A stretch of DNA of 64,000 bases from a virus (taxonomy: Duplodnaviria > Heunggongvirae > Uroviricota > Caudoviricetes). Under the pieces are notes generated by a model. That model had not been told where the DNA came from. It saw only the letters and a list, made by a program, of their open reading frames with translations, and did not search any database. Positions 55,662 through 64,000 of the stretch are shown one piece after another. A program made the position numbers and the translations under genes. How positions within the stretch are numbered: the first letter of the stretch is position 1; each line of letters opens with the position of its first letter. The stretch lies in the IMG/VR virus record IMGVR_UViG_2571042206_000004; one strand, written 5' to 3'.

Positions 55662-56057
55662 ATGACCCTAGATGAACACAAAGCCCTCATCATCGGTTAC
55701 GATTACGAGGCGGGAGCGGATACAGATACGGATATTGATTCGCTCCTCGGACACGACACAATGCTTTTTGATGGAAAGCCTATTCGATGTGATGACACCG
55801 GATGTTTTGAGGCCCCTAGATACTCTGAAGATATTGAAATTACAAAGCTTGAACTAGAAAAACTTAAAATCGACCCCCTTATTGTTCCAGCTGTCCCTTA
55901 TAGCGCTAAAAAGACGCACAAGCCAGCCAGAGACATCGAACATAAATTTGCTGCACTCTTCTGTTTTGGCGGTGAACAATGCGTAACTAGACCGTTTGAC
56001 AGCGAGAATGAAGCCCTAGCGTGTGTGCTATGGTATGCACTTTCTTATTTTTATTAA
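55662..56057 (+). CDS. hypothetical acidic protein
   Basis: 131-aa ORF. Confidence 0.4.
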   Translation: MTLDEHKALIIGYDYEAGADTDTDIDSLLGHDTMLFDGKPIRCDDTGCFEAPRYSEDIEITKLELEKLKIDPLIVPAVPYSAKKTHKPARDIEHKFAALFCFGGEQCVTRPFDSENEALACVLWYALSYFY

Positions 56058-56064
56058 TTAAAAG

Positions 56065-56084
56065 TTCAGTCACTACTGATTGAC
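56065..56084. repeat. palindromic motif copy (class II, TGATTGAC variant) upstream of terS
   Basis: Read directly from the sequence. Confidence 0.7.
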
Positions 56085-56176
56085 ATAATTTAAATTTATA
56101 AGTATCCTCAGCCAAAACGACGGGGTGATTCAGACAGGAAGTAGGAGCCACCCCTTTTCAACTTCTTGGAAAGCGA

Positions 56177-56767
56177 ATGACCAACCAACGCAAATCCGTT
56201 CCATTGAAGAAATGGGCGGAGGCAGAAGCACTCTGGGCGAATGGTGATGCGACTCGCAAGGAAATTGCAAAGAAGTTGGGCGTATCGGAGTCTGCCGTTC
56301 AACAGCACATGGCAAAAGCAGGCGTTAAGTACCGACAAAATGCCGAGCAGCACAGGGCAAAGATTGCCGACGCAGTTCAGCAAGCCGCAACGGAAGAGGC
56401 GTCGTTACATGCTCAGCGAATCCGTGAGACGAAGAACGAGCATTACGCAATATCTCAAAATATTGCAAAGCTGGTTTGGCAGGAAGTTCTTACAGCAAAG
56501 AAGAATAACCAGCCGCTCGCAACCGCAGCTCCAAATCTTAAAGCGTTAGATATTGCTATCACAGCGCTTGCCAAAGCCCGCATGGAACGATGGTCTGTAT
56601 TGGGTCTTGACCGACCAGATGCCGTAGATACCAACGAGCTTGCTACGTTGGAGATTACCGAGCTGACGGCTGACGAAATCGAGGAATTACGTGAGCGTAA
56701 TTTTAACGAGTTCGAAATTGAAGGGACGGAACCAGTACAGGAGACAGTGGAAGTTAAATCAAGTTAG
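56177..56767 (+). CDS. terminase small subunit (putative)
   Basis: N-terminal HTH (RKEIAKKLGVSESAVQQHMAKAG). Directly upstream of the large terminase. Confidence 0.5.
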   Translation: MTNQRKSVPLKKWAEAEALWANGDATRKEIAKKLGVSESAVQQHMAKAGVKYRQNAEQHRAKIADAVQQAATEEASLHAQRIRETKNEHYAISQNIAKLVWQEVLTAKKNNQPLATAAPNLKALDIAITALAKARMERWSVLGLDRPDAVDTNELATLEITELTADEIEELRERNFNEFEIEGTEPVQETVEVKSS

Positions 56768-56769
56768 TA

Positions 56770-58014
56770 ATGGGAATCAAAGAAAAACTCAGTCTGCATC
56801 CTAAACAAATGCAGGTGTACCAATCAAAGGCGCGTTTCCGCGTAGTTGTGGCGGGGCGTCGTTGGGGTAAGAGTCAACTTTCAAAGATTTTGATGATTTC
56901 CAAAGCGCGCATTCCAAAGCAAAAGGTCTGGTATGTTGCCCCAACATACAAGATGGCCAAGCAGATTATGTGGAATGATCTGCTTGACGCCATCCCTAAA
57001 TCTTGGATTGCGAAGGTCAACGAGTCAAACCTTTCAATCCGATTGGTTAATAAATCACGAATTGAGCTGAAGGGTGCTGACAAAGCCGACTCCCTACGTG
57101 GTGTCGGTATCAACTTTCTAGTTCTCGATGAGTTTCAAGACATGGACGAAGACACTTGGACAAAAGTGTTACGTCCTACGCTGGCAGATACAGGCGGTCA
57201 CGCCATCTTCATCGGTACGCCAAAAGCTTACAACTGTCTCTACACCGTCTACAAATTAGGGCAAGACCCTAAAAAAGTTAGATCTGGTCAATGGGAGTCA
57301 TGGCAGTTTCCAACGATTACATCCCCATTCATTCCATTGTCTGAATTAGCCGCCGCTAAAGCAGATATGGATGAAAAATCCTTCAAACAGGAGTTTTTAG
57401 CGTCATTCGAAACCATGAGTGGTCGTGTTTACTATCCATTTGACCGAAATCTGCATGTAGGGAAATACGAAATTAACCCTAATTTGCCGATTTGGGTTGG
57501 GATGGACTTCAACATTGACCCAATGAGCGCCGTTTTGTTTCAACCTCAAGAAAACGGTGAGCTTTGGGCGGTTGATGAAGTTGTTCAGTTTGGCTCAAAC
57601 ACTGAAGACATGTGTAGAGCTTTAGATGAAAAACTTTGGAAGCACAGATCGCGGATTGTTATTTACCCCGACCCAGCTGGCGGACAAAGGCAGCATGCGC
57701 GAGGCGAGACAGACTTGGACATCCTAAGAGAAATGGGTTTCAAGAATATCAAGTATCGCAAAAAGCATCCAATGATTGCTGATAGGGTCAACGCTGTAAA
57801 CCGAATGCTAATGTCAGCAGATGGCTCTATTCGAATGAGAATTGATGAGAAGTGCAAACATCTCATTAACTCCTTCGAGCAAACCATTTATAAGCCTGGT
57901 TCTCGAGACGTCGACAAGTCGGCTGGTGTAGAACATAGTGCTGACGCAGCAGGGTACGCAATCGAACTTGAGTTTCCAGTACGCAAAATCGACTTTGGTG
58001 GGATTTCAATTTAA
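56770..58014 (+). CDS. terL: terminase large subunit
   Basis: Walker A VVAGRRWGKSQLS, Walker B FLVLDEFQDM, and C-terminal nuclease-like acidic motifs. Confidence 0.8.
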   Translation: MGIKEKLSLHPKQMQVYQSKARFRVVVAGRRWGKSQLSKILMISKARIPKQKVWYVAPTYKMAKQIMWNDLLDAIPKSWIAKVNESNLSIRLVNKSRIELKGADKADSLRGVGINFLVLDEFQDMDEDTWTKVLRPTLADTGGHAIFIGTPKAYNCLYTVYKLGQDPKKVRSGQWESWQFPTITSPFIPLSELAAAKADMDEKSFKQEFLASFETMSGRVYYPFDRNLHVGKYEINPNLPIWVGMDFNIDPMSAVLFQPQENGELWAVDEVVQFGSNTEDMCRALDEKLWKHRSRIVIYPDPAGGQRQHARGETDLDILREMGFKNIKYRKKHPMIADRVNAVNRMLMSADGSIRMRIDEKCKHLINSFEQTIYKPGSRDVDKSAGVEHSADAAGYAIELEFPVRKIDFGGISI

Positions 58015-58020
58015 GGTAAC

Positions 58021-58041
58021 AGTCAGTCACTACTGACTGAT
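58021..58041. repeat. palindromic motif copy (class II) between terL and portal, 12 nt before the portal RBS
   Basis: Read directly from the sequence. Confidence 0.75.
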
Positions 58042-58053
58042 AAAGAGGAAAGG

Positions 58054-59754
58054 ATGAATCTTAAACACGGAGAATCGGCAGTAATTGATTTGCAAGCTGA
58101 AGAAGCGAAGCAAAACGCCACTTCCGTTATCAGTGACCCAGCACGTTTACGCACTTTGATCGAGAGACGGCATCCAAAGTACGAAGCGTTAGTTGCTCAC
58201 TGGAACTTCATGGAGGAAACATACAACGGCGGGCGCAAATGGTTTAGTTCCAATATTTTTCGCTACATCAAAGAGGGTGACAAGGAGTTCAAAAATCGAA
58301 TTGAGCGTGCTTATCGCTTCAATCACACGCGTGAAGTTGTTGATTTAATTAACAAGTACCTGTTCAAGCAGGCTATCACTCGTAATGATAAAGATGCGCC
58401 TCAATGTGTTATTGATTTTTGGAAGTCAGCAACCAAAGGAAACTTAACGATCAATGATTTTGTTCGTCAAGTTAGTAAGAAAACTTCTTTGTTTGGGCGA
58501 GTGGGTATCGTTGTCGATAGAAGCCGCGCCGACATGGAAATTGTTTCTCGCCAAGATGAGGTTGAAGCCAACTTACACACTTACAGTTACATTGTTGAGC
58601 CGCAACGACTCTTGGATTACTCATTTGATGAAAACGGCGAATTAAATTGGATTTTAATTCATGAAATCGGGCGTGACGACGAAGACCCATTTGACTCTTC
58701 AGGAAAGCCGGTAAATCGCTTCAGACTTTGGACGAAGCAGCACTGGGCGCTTTATGAAGTAAAAGAAGGTAAAGGTAAAAAAGTTGCCGTGAGTTTGGTT
58801 GATTCGAGCAATCATGATCTCGGCGAAGTACCTGTTATTTTGGCGGATAACATTATTGGTGATGATCAATATTCAGCTCCGGCACTTATTGATGACATTG
58901 CTTATCTTGACCGCGCTACAGCCAATTACCTTTCAAACTTGGATGCAATCATTCAAGACCAAACCTTCAGTCAACTTGCGATGCCGGCCCAAAACCTAAT
59001 GCCGGGTGAAGAGAGCCATGACAAGCTCTTGGAAATGGGGACTAAACGAGTGTTCCTCTATGATGGAGAGGGTGGATCTCAACCTTTCTATCTATCGCCA
59101 GACGTAAAGCAGGCTGATCTTTTGATGACCACTATCAATAAGATCATTGGAGAAATTTATCACACTGTCGGTTTAGCAGGAGAGCGCACAAAACAGGACA
59201 ATGCGGTAGGTATCGACAACAGTTCGGGCGTAGCGAAAGCTTATGACTTTGAACGTGTAAACGCCTTGCTTACAGCGAAAGCTGATTCACTTGAAACAAT
59301 CGAAAACAAGATCGTTCGACTCGTTGCCAAATGGAACGGCGAAAGAATCGACGATAAAGACTCATACGTCTCATACCCTGACAACTTCGATACTCGTGGC
59401 TTGTATGACGAATTTGATATTTCTGCACGCCTAATGTTGATCGAAGCGCCAGACACGGTAAGACGTACTCAAATGGAAGCTGTGATTGATAAGTTGTTCC
59501 CTCAGTTAGCTAAGGAACTCAAAGAGAAGATGCTTAAAGAGCTGAAGGATTGGCCGGTTGACCCACTTGAATTGGCGTCACAAATCACAGACGGAACCAG
59601 CACGGGCCAACTTAAAAACCGCACCAGCATCAAAAAGAATGATGACGGAGCGGAAGATAAGACCGCTGCTAAAGCAAAAAACCCTCAAGGAAACAAAGCG
59701 GCCAAAGCGACAAAGAATAATCGTCAAGGCCAAGTGACCGAACAAACAAAGTAA
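58054..59754 (+). CDS. portal protein (putative)
   Basis: 566-aa ORF immediately after terL with a Lys/Ala-rich C-terminal tail. Confidence 0.55.
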   Translation: MNLKHGESAVIDLQAEEAKQNATSVISDPARLRTLIERRHPKYEALVAHWNFMEETYNGGRKWFSSNIFRYIKEGDKEFKNRIERAYRFNHTREVVDLINKYLFKQAITRNDKDAPQCVIDFWKSATKGNLTINDFVRQVSKKTSLFGRVGIVVDRSRADMEIVSRQDEVEANLHTYSYIVEPQRLLDYSFDENGELNWILIHEIGRDDEDPFDSSGKPVNRFRLWTKQHWALYEVKEGKGKKVAVSLVDSSNHDLGEVPVILADNIIGDDQYSAPALIDDIAYLDRATANYLSNLDAIIQDQTFSQLAMPAQNLMPGEESHDKLLEMGTKRVFLYDGEGGSQPFYLSPDVKQADLLMTTINKIIGEIYHTVGLAGERTKQDNAVGIDNSSGVAKAYDFERVNALLTAKADSLETIENKIVRLVAKWNGERIDDKDSYVSYPDNFDTRGLYDEFDISARLMLIEAPDTVRRTQMEAVIDKLFPQLAKELKEKMLKELKDWPVDPLELASQITDGTSTGQLKNRTSIKKNDDGAEDKTAAKAKNPQGNKAAKATKNNRQGQVTEQTK

Positions 59755-59803
59755 CAGTCAAGGGAACGACTGTAGCTAAGAGACTAGCACAAGGAAGATC
59801 GAT

Positions 59804-60655
59804 ATGCCTTTATGGATGCAACTTTTAATGAATGGCGGCTTACTTCGACAAGAAGCCAATGGTGAAGGTTCTGATTTAGGAGGCGGCTCAGGCGGCGAAG
59901 GCGGGGAAGGTGACGAGAAAAAAGAGCCTACCGAACCTACTAAAAAAGACTCAGAAGCCGACGATGAAAGTAAAAACAAGCCGACTGACAAAGAAGCTGA
60001 ATTACTCAAAGAAGTAATGAAGAAAAAAGCCGAAGCTCAAAAAGTGAAGCAGGAGCTTGAAGAACTGAAGGCGCGATATATCGACATCGACCCTGAAATC
60101 GCTCGCAAGGCAATTAACGAACAGAAGGAAAAAGAAACCAAAGAGCTTGAAGCGAAGGGTGATTTTGAACGTCTGAAAGCGCGTATGGCCGAAGAGCATG
60201 CTAAAGAAGTAAATGCCCTAAAAGCAAAAATCGCAGAGCTTGAAGGTGCCAATGCTTCGAAGTCTCAAATGATCAATGACCTGACGGTTGGCGCTCAATT
60301 CAACCAATCTCAATACATCAAACAAGATTTAATTTACACGCCAACTAAGTTACGTGCGTTATATGGTAATCACTTTGAAATTGAAGATGGCAAAGTGGTT
60401 GGTTATGACAAACCTCGCGGCGCGGCAGAGCGAACTAAGATCGTCGATAGTCATGGCAACCCTGTAAATTTTGATAAAGCTTTAGAAAAAATTGTATCAA
60501 TGGACCCTGATGCAAATTACATGATCAAAGCCAAATCAAAACAAGGAGCTGGTTCACAGCCAAATCCAAAACAAGGCGCGCCTAAACCAGAAGCTAAATT
60601 GTCTTCAACTGCCAAAATTTCAAATGGCTTGAGTGAGCTGTTTGCTAATCAGTAA
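59804..60655 (+). CDS. scaffolding protein (putative)
   Basis: Gly/Glu-rich N-terminus, long Lys/Glu coiled coil; located between portal and capsid genes. Confidence 0.5.
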   Translation: MPLWMQLLMNGGLLRQEANGEGSDLGGGSGGEGGEGDEKKEPTEPTKKDSEADDESKNKPTDKEAELLKEVMKKKAEAQKVKQELEELKARYIDIDPEIARKAINEQKEKETKELEAKGDFERLKARMAEEHAKEVNALKAKIAELEGANASKSQMINDLTVGAQFNQSQYIKQDLIYTPTKLRALYGNHFEIEDGKVVGYDKPRGAAERTKIVDSHGNPVNFDKALEKIVSMDPDANYMIKAKSKQGAGSQPNPKQGAPKPEAKLSSTAKISNGLSELFANQ

Positions 60656-60665
60656 CCCATAAATG

Positions 60666-60691
60666 ATGCCCGAACCTTACAGTTCGGGCAT
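60666..60691 (+). terminator. stem-loop/terminator after scaffold gene
   Basis: ATGCCCGAAC-CTTACA-GTTCGGGCAT followed by TTC. Confidence 0.45.
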
Positions 60692-60704
60692 TTCAGCAAA
60701 AATA

Positions 60705-60725
60705 ATCAGTCATTACTGATTGATC
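60705..60725. repeat. variant copy (ATCAGTCATTACTGATTGATC) upstream of the capsid gene
   Basis: Read directly from the sequence. Confidence 0.6.
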
Positions 60726-60825
60726 TTTTGAATCCTTTGTAGTAGGATTCTCGATCAATCGGTGGCTAGAGAGAGTTAGTAAATCCGACAATCTCATTGA
60801 GCAAATTAACTAATGGAGTAGTTAA

Positions 60826-61728
60826 ATGCCACTATTACGTGAAGAAGCTGCGAAGCTTAGTAATAACCAACTCGTTTCGGGTGTGGTCGAGGAAATTATC
60901 GATAAGGACGAAATGTTTGCGTTTCTTCCATTTGTAGGCGTGAAAGGGAAAGCATACGTCTATAACCGTGAAAAAACGTTAGCTGACGCTGATTTCTTAG
61001 ATCCAAACGAAGAAATCAAAGAGTCTGCATCAACGTTCGAAGAAGTCACTGCCAAGTTACGTATTTTGGCTGGCGACGTCGACATTGACAAATTCCTTGA
61101 TTCCACTATGGATGACACCAACAACCAAATGGCGATCCAAGTGACGCAAAAGGCGAAGGGTGTAGGTCGTAAATTCCACAAAACTTTAGCTACTGGTGAT
61201 GCTTCTGTTAATCCAAAAGAATTTGACGGTATCGCAAAACTTGTAACTGAAGAGCAAACAATTAGCGCCGGCCCAGATGGTGGCGGTATCACTTTAGCGT
61301 TGTTAGATGAATTACTCGACAAGGTTCCTCATGGAGCTGACTGTTTAGTAATGCGTCGCGGTACAATTCGCGCGTACCGTAACTTACTCCGTGTAACATC
61401 GGGTACTGACGCTGTTATGCAGATGGTTGAAAACTTTGGTCGTCCAATGTTGACACACAACGGTGTGCCAATTGTGATGAACGAGTTCTTACCAGCTGAC
61501 GAAGTGATGGGCACTAATACCAAAACGTGTTCAATTTACGCAATCCGTGCAAACGAAGTAGACGGCCTTCATGGCATCTACGGCGGTGGCCCTGCTGGTA
61601 TCGTTGTTGAAAACATCGGTACTGTACAAAACAAAGACGCAACCCGTATCCGTTTGAAGTGGTATGTTGGTTTAGTCTTGAAATCAACTAAGTCTTTAGC
61701 GCGTTTAAAAGGTGTTACCAACATCTAA
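60826..61728 (+). CDS. major capsid protein (HK97-fold candidate)
   Basis: 300-aa ORF after the scaffold gene, followed by a strong terminator. Confidence 0.6.
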   Translation: MPLLREEAAKLSNNQLVSGVVEEIIDKDEMFAFLPFVGVKGKAYVYNREKTLADADFLDPNEEIKESASTFEEVTAKLRILAGDVDIDKFLDSTMDDTNNQMAIQVTQKAKGVGRKFHKTLATGDASVNPKEFDGIAKLVTEEQTISAGPDGGGITLALLDELLDKVPHGADCLVMRRGTIRAYRNLLRVTSGTDAVMQMVENFGRPMLTHNGVPIVMNEFLPADEVMGTNTKTCSIYAIRANEVDGLHGIYGGGPAGIVVENIGTVQNKDATRIRLKWYVGLVLKSTKSLARLKGVTNI

Positions 61729-61731
61729 TAA

Positions 61732-61749
61732 ATCAGTCACTACTGACTT
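61732..61749. repeat. palindromic motif copy (class II) between the capsid stop and its terminator
   Basis: Read directly from the sequence. Confidence 0.75.
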
Positions 61750-61755
61750 ACAATA

Positions 61756-61782
61756 AAAGGGACTATTTAGTCCCTTTTTTGT
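61756..61782 (+). terminator. intrinsic terminator after capsid gene
   Basis: AAAGGGACT-ATTT-AGTCCCTTT followed by TTTGTTG. Confidence 0.75.
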
Positions 61783-61850
61783 TGTGTTTCAATTGATGCA
61801 AGATCACCAATAACTTATCATTCAAAAATCTACTAAGACAAGGAAGTCAG

Positions 61851-62348
61851 ATGAAACTACGATTAACAGCTAAGGGCTATGAAAACTTCACTGGGCATAT
61901 GGGCGCCGTTTATTTCGAAAACGGTCTTTCTGCTATGGATGTATTGCCAGTCCATGCGGTACGCATTGGCAGCACAATTGGCGCCGAGTGGGAAAATGGA
62001 CAATCCACCAACCCGGCTGAATTGTTGGTGTCCAACGCAAATACGAGCGCATTAAACTCACAGGAAGCTTCTGAATACGATCAACGCATGGTTGAGGCTC
62101 AAATTGATGATGCAATCAAAGCTGAAGAGCATCTAAATAAAGTGGCACAACTTGGCATTGTCGCTACAACTGACCCCGATGCCAAACTCCCTACACCTGA
62201 AAGCAAAAAATACACCCGTGAAGAACTTGAAGCCATTGCAGAAGAAGGTGGGTTAGCAGGTCTTCGCGCTGTAGCTACCGAAGTTGGCGTAAAGGGTGGT
62301 TCGATTGTGGTGTTGATTGAGCGCATCTTGGAAGTTGCAGGTGCCTAA
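61851..62348 (+). CDS. head protein (decoration/accessory), hypothetical
   Basis: 165-aa ORF in the head module. Confidence 0.4.
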   Translation: MKLRLTAKGYENFTGHMGAVYFENGLSAMDVLPVHAVRIGSTIGAEWENGQSTNPAELLVSNANTSALNSQEASEYDQRMVEAQIDDAIKAEEHLNKVAQLGIVATTDPDAKLPTPESKKYTREELEAIAEEGGLAGLRAVATEVGVKGGSIVVLIERILEVAGA

Positions 62349-63121
62349 TGAACATTTACTTAGTTGGCACGCCAGTTAAGCTAAATGTTGATTTCAGCGA
62401 CAGTGACGGCAACCCTCTCGCCGTCACCGAAGCAAAGTACCGTGTTGTTGACCAAGACTCCAAAGAGTTACTTCAAATGCGGTCATTCGACACAACACTT
62501 GGCGAGCTGACAATCCCTTCAGAAATCAACACCATTGCCGCTCTGGACATTAATGCCATCACCACTGACAACAAATTGAATTTTCGCACTCGCGAAGTGC
62601 GCGTTGTTGAATTTGAGCTAACCCTACAAGACGGCAACATCGTACCGCATAACCTCGCTTATGCGATTCGATTGAGAGATCCTCTAATTGCCGGACTTAA
62701 CAGCTTCCAAACGATGAGTCAGGCAACTTTAAGCTCCCTTTCAATCAGTGCATTGAGCGCATGGAATGAAGCGAGTCTCGATTCGAAGATTAGCGCATTA
62801 ATTGAGGCCTACGAGCGCATTTGTAAATTAGGTTTTACTTTAGTTGATAACCTCGACCTTCTTTCCCCGAAAGATTTTTCAGCTTTGGACGCTCGATTTG
62901 TCGATGCGCTCAAAAAGGCTCAAGTAGCCGAAGCAGATGCAATCTTGGGCGGTGGAGAGTCCACATTGATGAGCCGGAAGCAAGGATTGCTCTCACAAAC
63001 AATTGGCGAAACTCATGAAACCTATCAAAAAGGCATGCCATTAGATTTAGTAGTCTCTAAATTGACCATGCGTTATTTGAGTGGGTTCATTTCGACAAAT
63101 AAGCGAATTGGACGGGCTTAA
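62348..63121 (+). CDS. head-completion/adaptor candidate
   Basis: 257-aa ORF coupled (ATGA) to the upstream ORF. Confidence 0.4.
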   Translation: MNIYLVGTPVKLNVDFSDSDGNPLAVTEAKYRVVDQDSKELLQMRSFDTTLGELTIPSEINTIAALDINAITTDNKLNFRTREVRVVEFELTLQDGNIVPHNLAYAIRLRDPLIAGLNSFQTMSQATLSSLSISALSAWNEASLDSKISALIEAYERICKLGFTLVDNLDLLSPKDFSALDARFVDALKKAQVAEADAILGGGESTLMSRKQGLLSQTIGETHETYQKGMPLDLVVSKLTMRYLSGFISTNKRIGRA

Positions 63122-63597
63122 TGAATAAACACGACATTGACATCGCTCAGGCAGGAGCGCTAACCAAAACTTTCGTTATGGCGCTAAATGGCGCCTTCTT
63201 CACTGTTCGCGGCAATAAGTCCAAGCCCACCCCTCAAGACATTGAAAGAGCGAAGATCAATGTTCAGATCGCCTCATATACATATCTTAGTGCGGTAGGG
63301 GAGTTGCTTAATCCTTCACACCCTATGTCCAAAGAGACACGGGCGAAAATTATCAACGTCACCACACAATTAATTCGTCAAGCAAACGCATCAATTGCAG
63401 GTGGCTACTCAAACAAGGCGGCTCAGCTGCTTGGTTCGAATGTGCATGGCGCACAGGGGCAATTAATTCAGCGAAAAATGCGCCAACTGGACTTGCGCGT
63501 GATCGACAAGCATGGGCGTGGGTGGAGCGACCCATCTCGGCTAGTTGAGGAAATCATGACTCATCATTTTTCAGGGGAGGGAAATGTTCAGACCTAA
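63121..63597 (+). CDS. structural protein, hypothetical
   Basis: 158-aa ORF. Confidence 0.4.
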   Translation: MNKHDIDIAQAGALTKTFVMALNGAFFTVRGNKSKPTPQDIERAKINVQIASYTYLSAVGELLNPSHPMSKETRAKIINVTTQLIRQANASIAGGYSNKAAQLLGSNVHGAQGQLIQRKMRQLDLRVIDKHGRGWSDPSRLVEEIMTHHFSGEGNVQT

Positions 63598-63949
63598 TCA
63601 AACTTGCGTGGTTCGTTCGATTGCTGGTTACAGCGTTTATGGCCAACCACAAGAGGGAAAGCGCAAAAGGGAAAAATGCGCAATCGTTCGCTACGTCATC
63701 AAGAATGAAAAGTCTTCTGTGCGAGCCGACTCTTCCGCAACACGAGGAAATGCACGGGAGCAACAAGCGGATGCAATCTTCTTGATGAGCCCCAACACAA
63801 CTGCGGACATTGACAGTGTAATTGAGTTACATAGCCATGATTTTCGCGTTGTTTCAAAAGAGCCACGTTTTGCAATCAGTGGTCGCCTAGACCATTTTGA
63901 AGTTGGTTGCAGTTATTGGAGCGACAATGAATCTACTACCACTAGCTAA
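63584..63949 (+). CDS. structural protein, hypothetical
   Basis: 121-aa ORF. Confidence 0.4.
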   Translation: MFRPNQTCVVRSIAGYSVYGQPQEGKRKREKCAIVRYVIKNEKSSVRADSSATRGNAREQQADAIFLMSPNTTADIDSVIELHSHDFRVVSKEPRFAISGRLDHFEVGCSYWSDNESTTTS

Positions 63950-64000
63950 GCTGCTTCAGACTAAACAGGTTGGCATTACGGGGCAGACCATCTTTGTCAA

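Noticed and set aside
5090-61749. Interpreting the palindromic TCAGTCAGTACTGA motif itself as a rho-independent terminator
   Set aside because: The stem is only 5–7 bp, AT-rich, with a ≤4-nt loop and no U-tract. Copies occur upstream of genes, including a divergent promoter region. Genuine GC-rich terminators are found separately nearby.

Overview
This window looks like a contiguous piece of a large virulent dsDNA phage genome. It is AT-rich and almost everything is on the + strand in tightly packed, often start/stop-overlapping ORFs. I can recognise the following modules. (1) A phage sigma-70-like factor next to a Cys-rich partner. (2) A T4-style replication, recombination and nucleotide-metabolism toolkit built around a DnaE-type (Pol III alpha) polymerase: DnaE with a C-terminal family-4-UDG-like domain, a gp32-like SSB, a 5'-3' flap exonuclease, a RecA/UvsX-like recombinase interrupted by a mini-intein, SbcD/SbcC (gp47/gp46-like), a RuvC-like resolvase, NrdA/NrdB, ThyX, dUTPase, a P-loop dNMP-kinase-like protein, a Toprim protein, a DnaQ-like exonuclease, a gp44-like clamp-loader ATPase and RNase H. 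(3) Two toxin–antitoxin-like insertions: a HicA-like ORF overlapping a SleB-family cell-wall hydrolase, and a minus-strand Doc toxin with an upstream partner. (4) An 'early/accessory' region at about 42.4–49 kb made of small acidic ORFs, including an ArdA-like antirestriction candidate. These units are arranged as repeated cassettes with a conserved leader hairpin and conserved CCGCTC-stem terminators. The region also contains a 1.75-kb ORF-free stretch carrying intrinsic terminators, an inverted repeat and a G-quadruplex-type G tract. (5) A minus-strand SF2 helicase divergent from a cluster of two paralogous ParB-like proteins, a stand-alone ABC-type ATPase, a thioredoxin and a GNAT-like protein. 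(6) The start of the morphogenesis module: TerS, TerL, portal, scaffold, major capsid and head-completion ORFs. About 18 copies of an imperfect palindrome, TCAGTCA(G/C)TACTGA(C)T, occur only in intergenic DNA. Most lie 30–140 nt upstream of a start codon. I read them as a phage-specific promoter/operator or PeSL-like element. All functional calls come from motif-level reading of the translated ORFs; no database search was possible.
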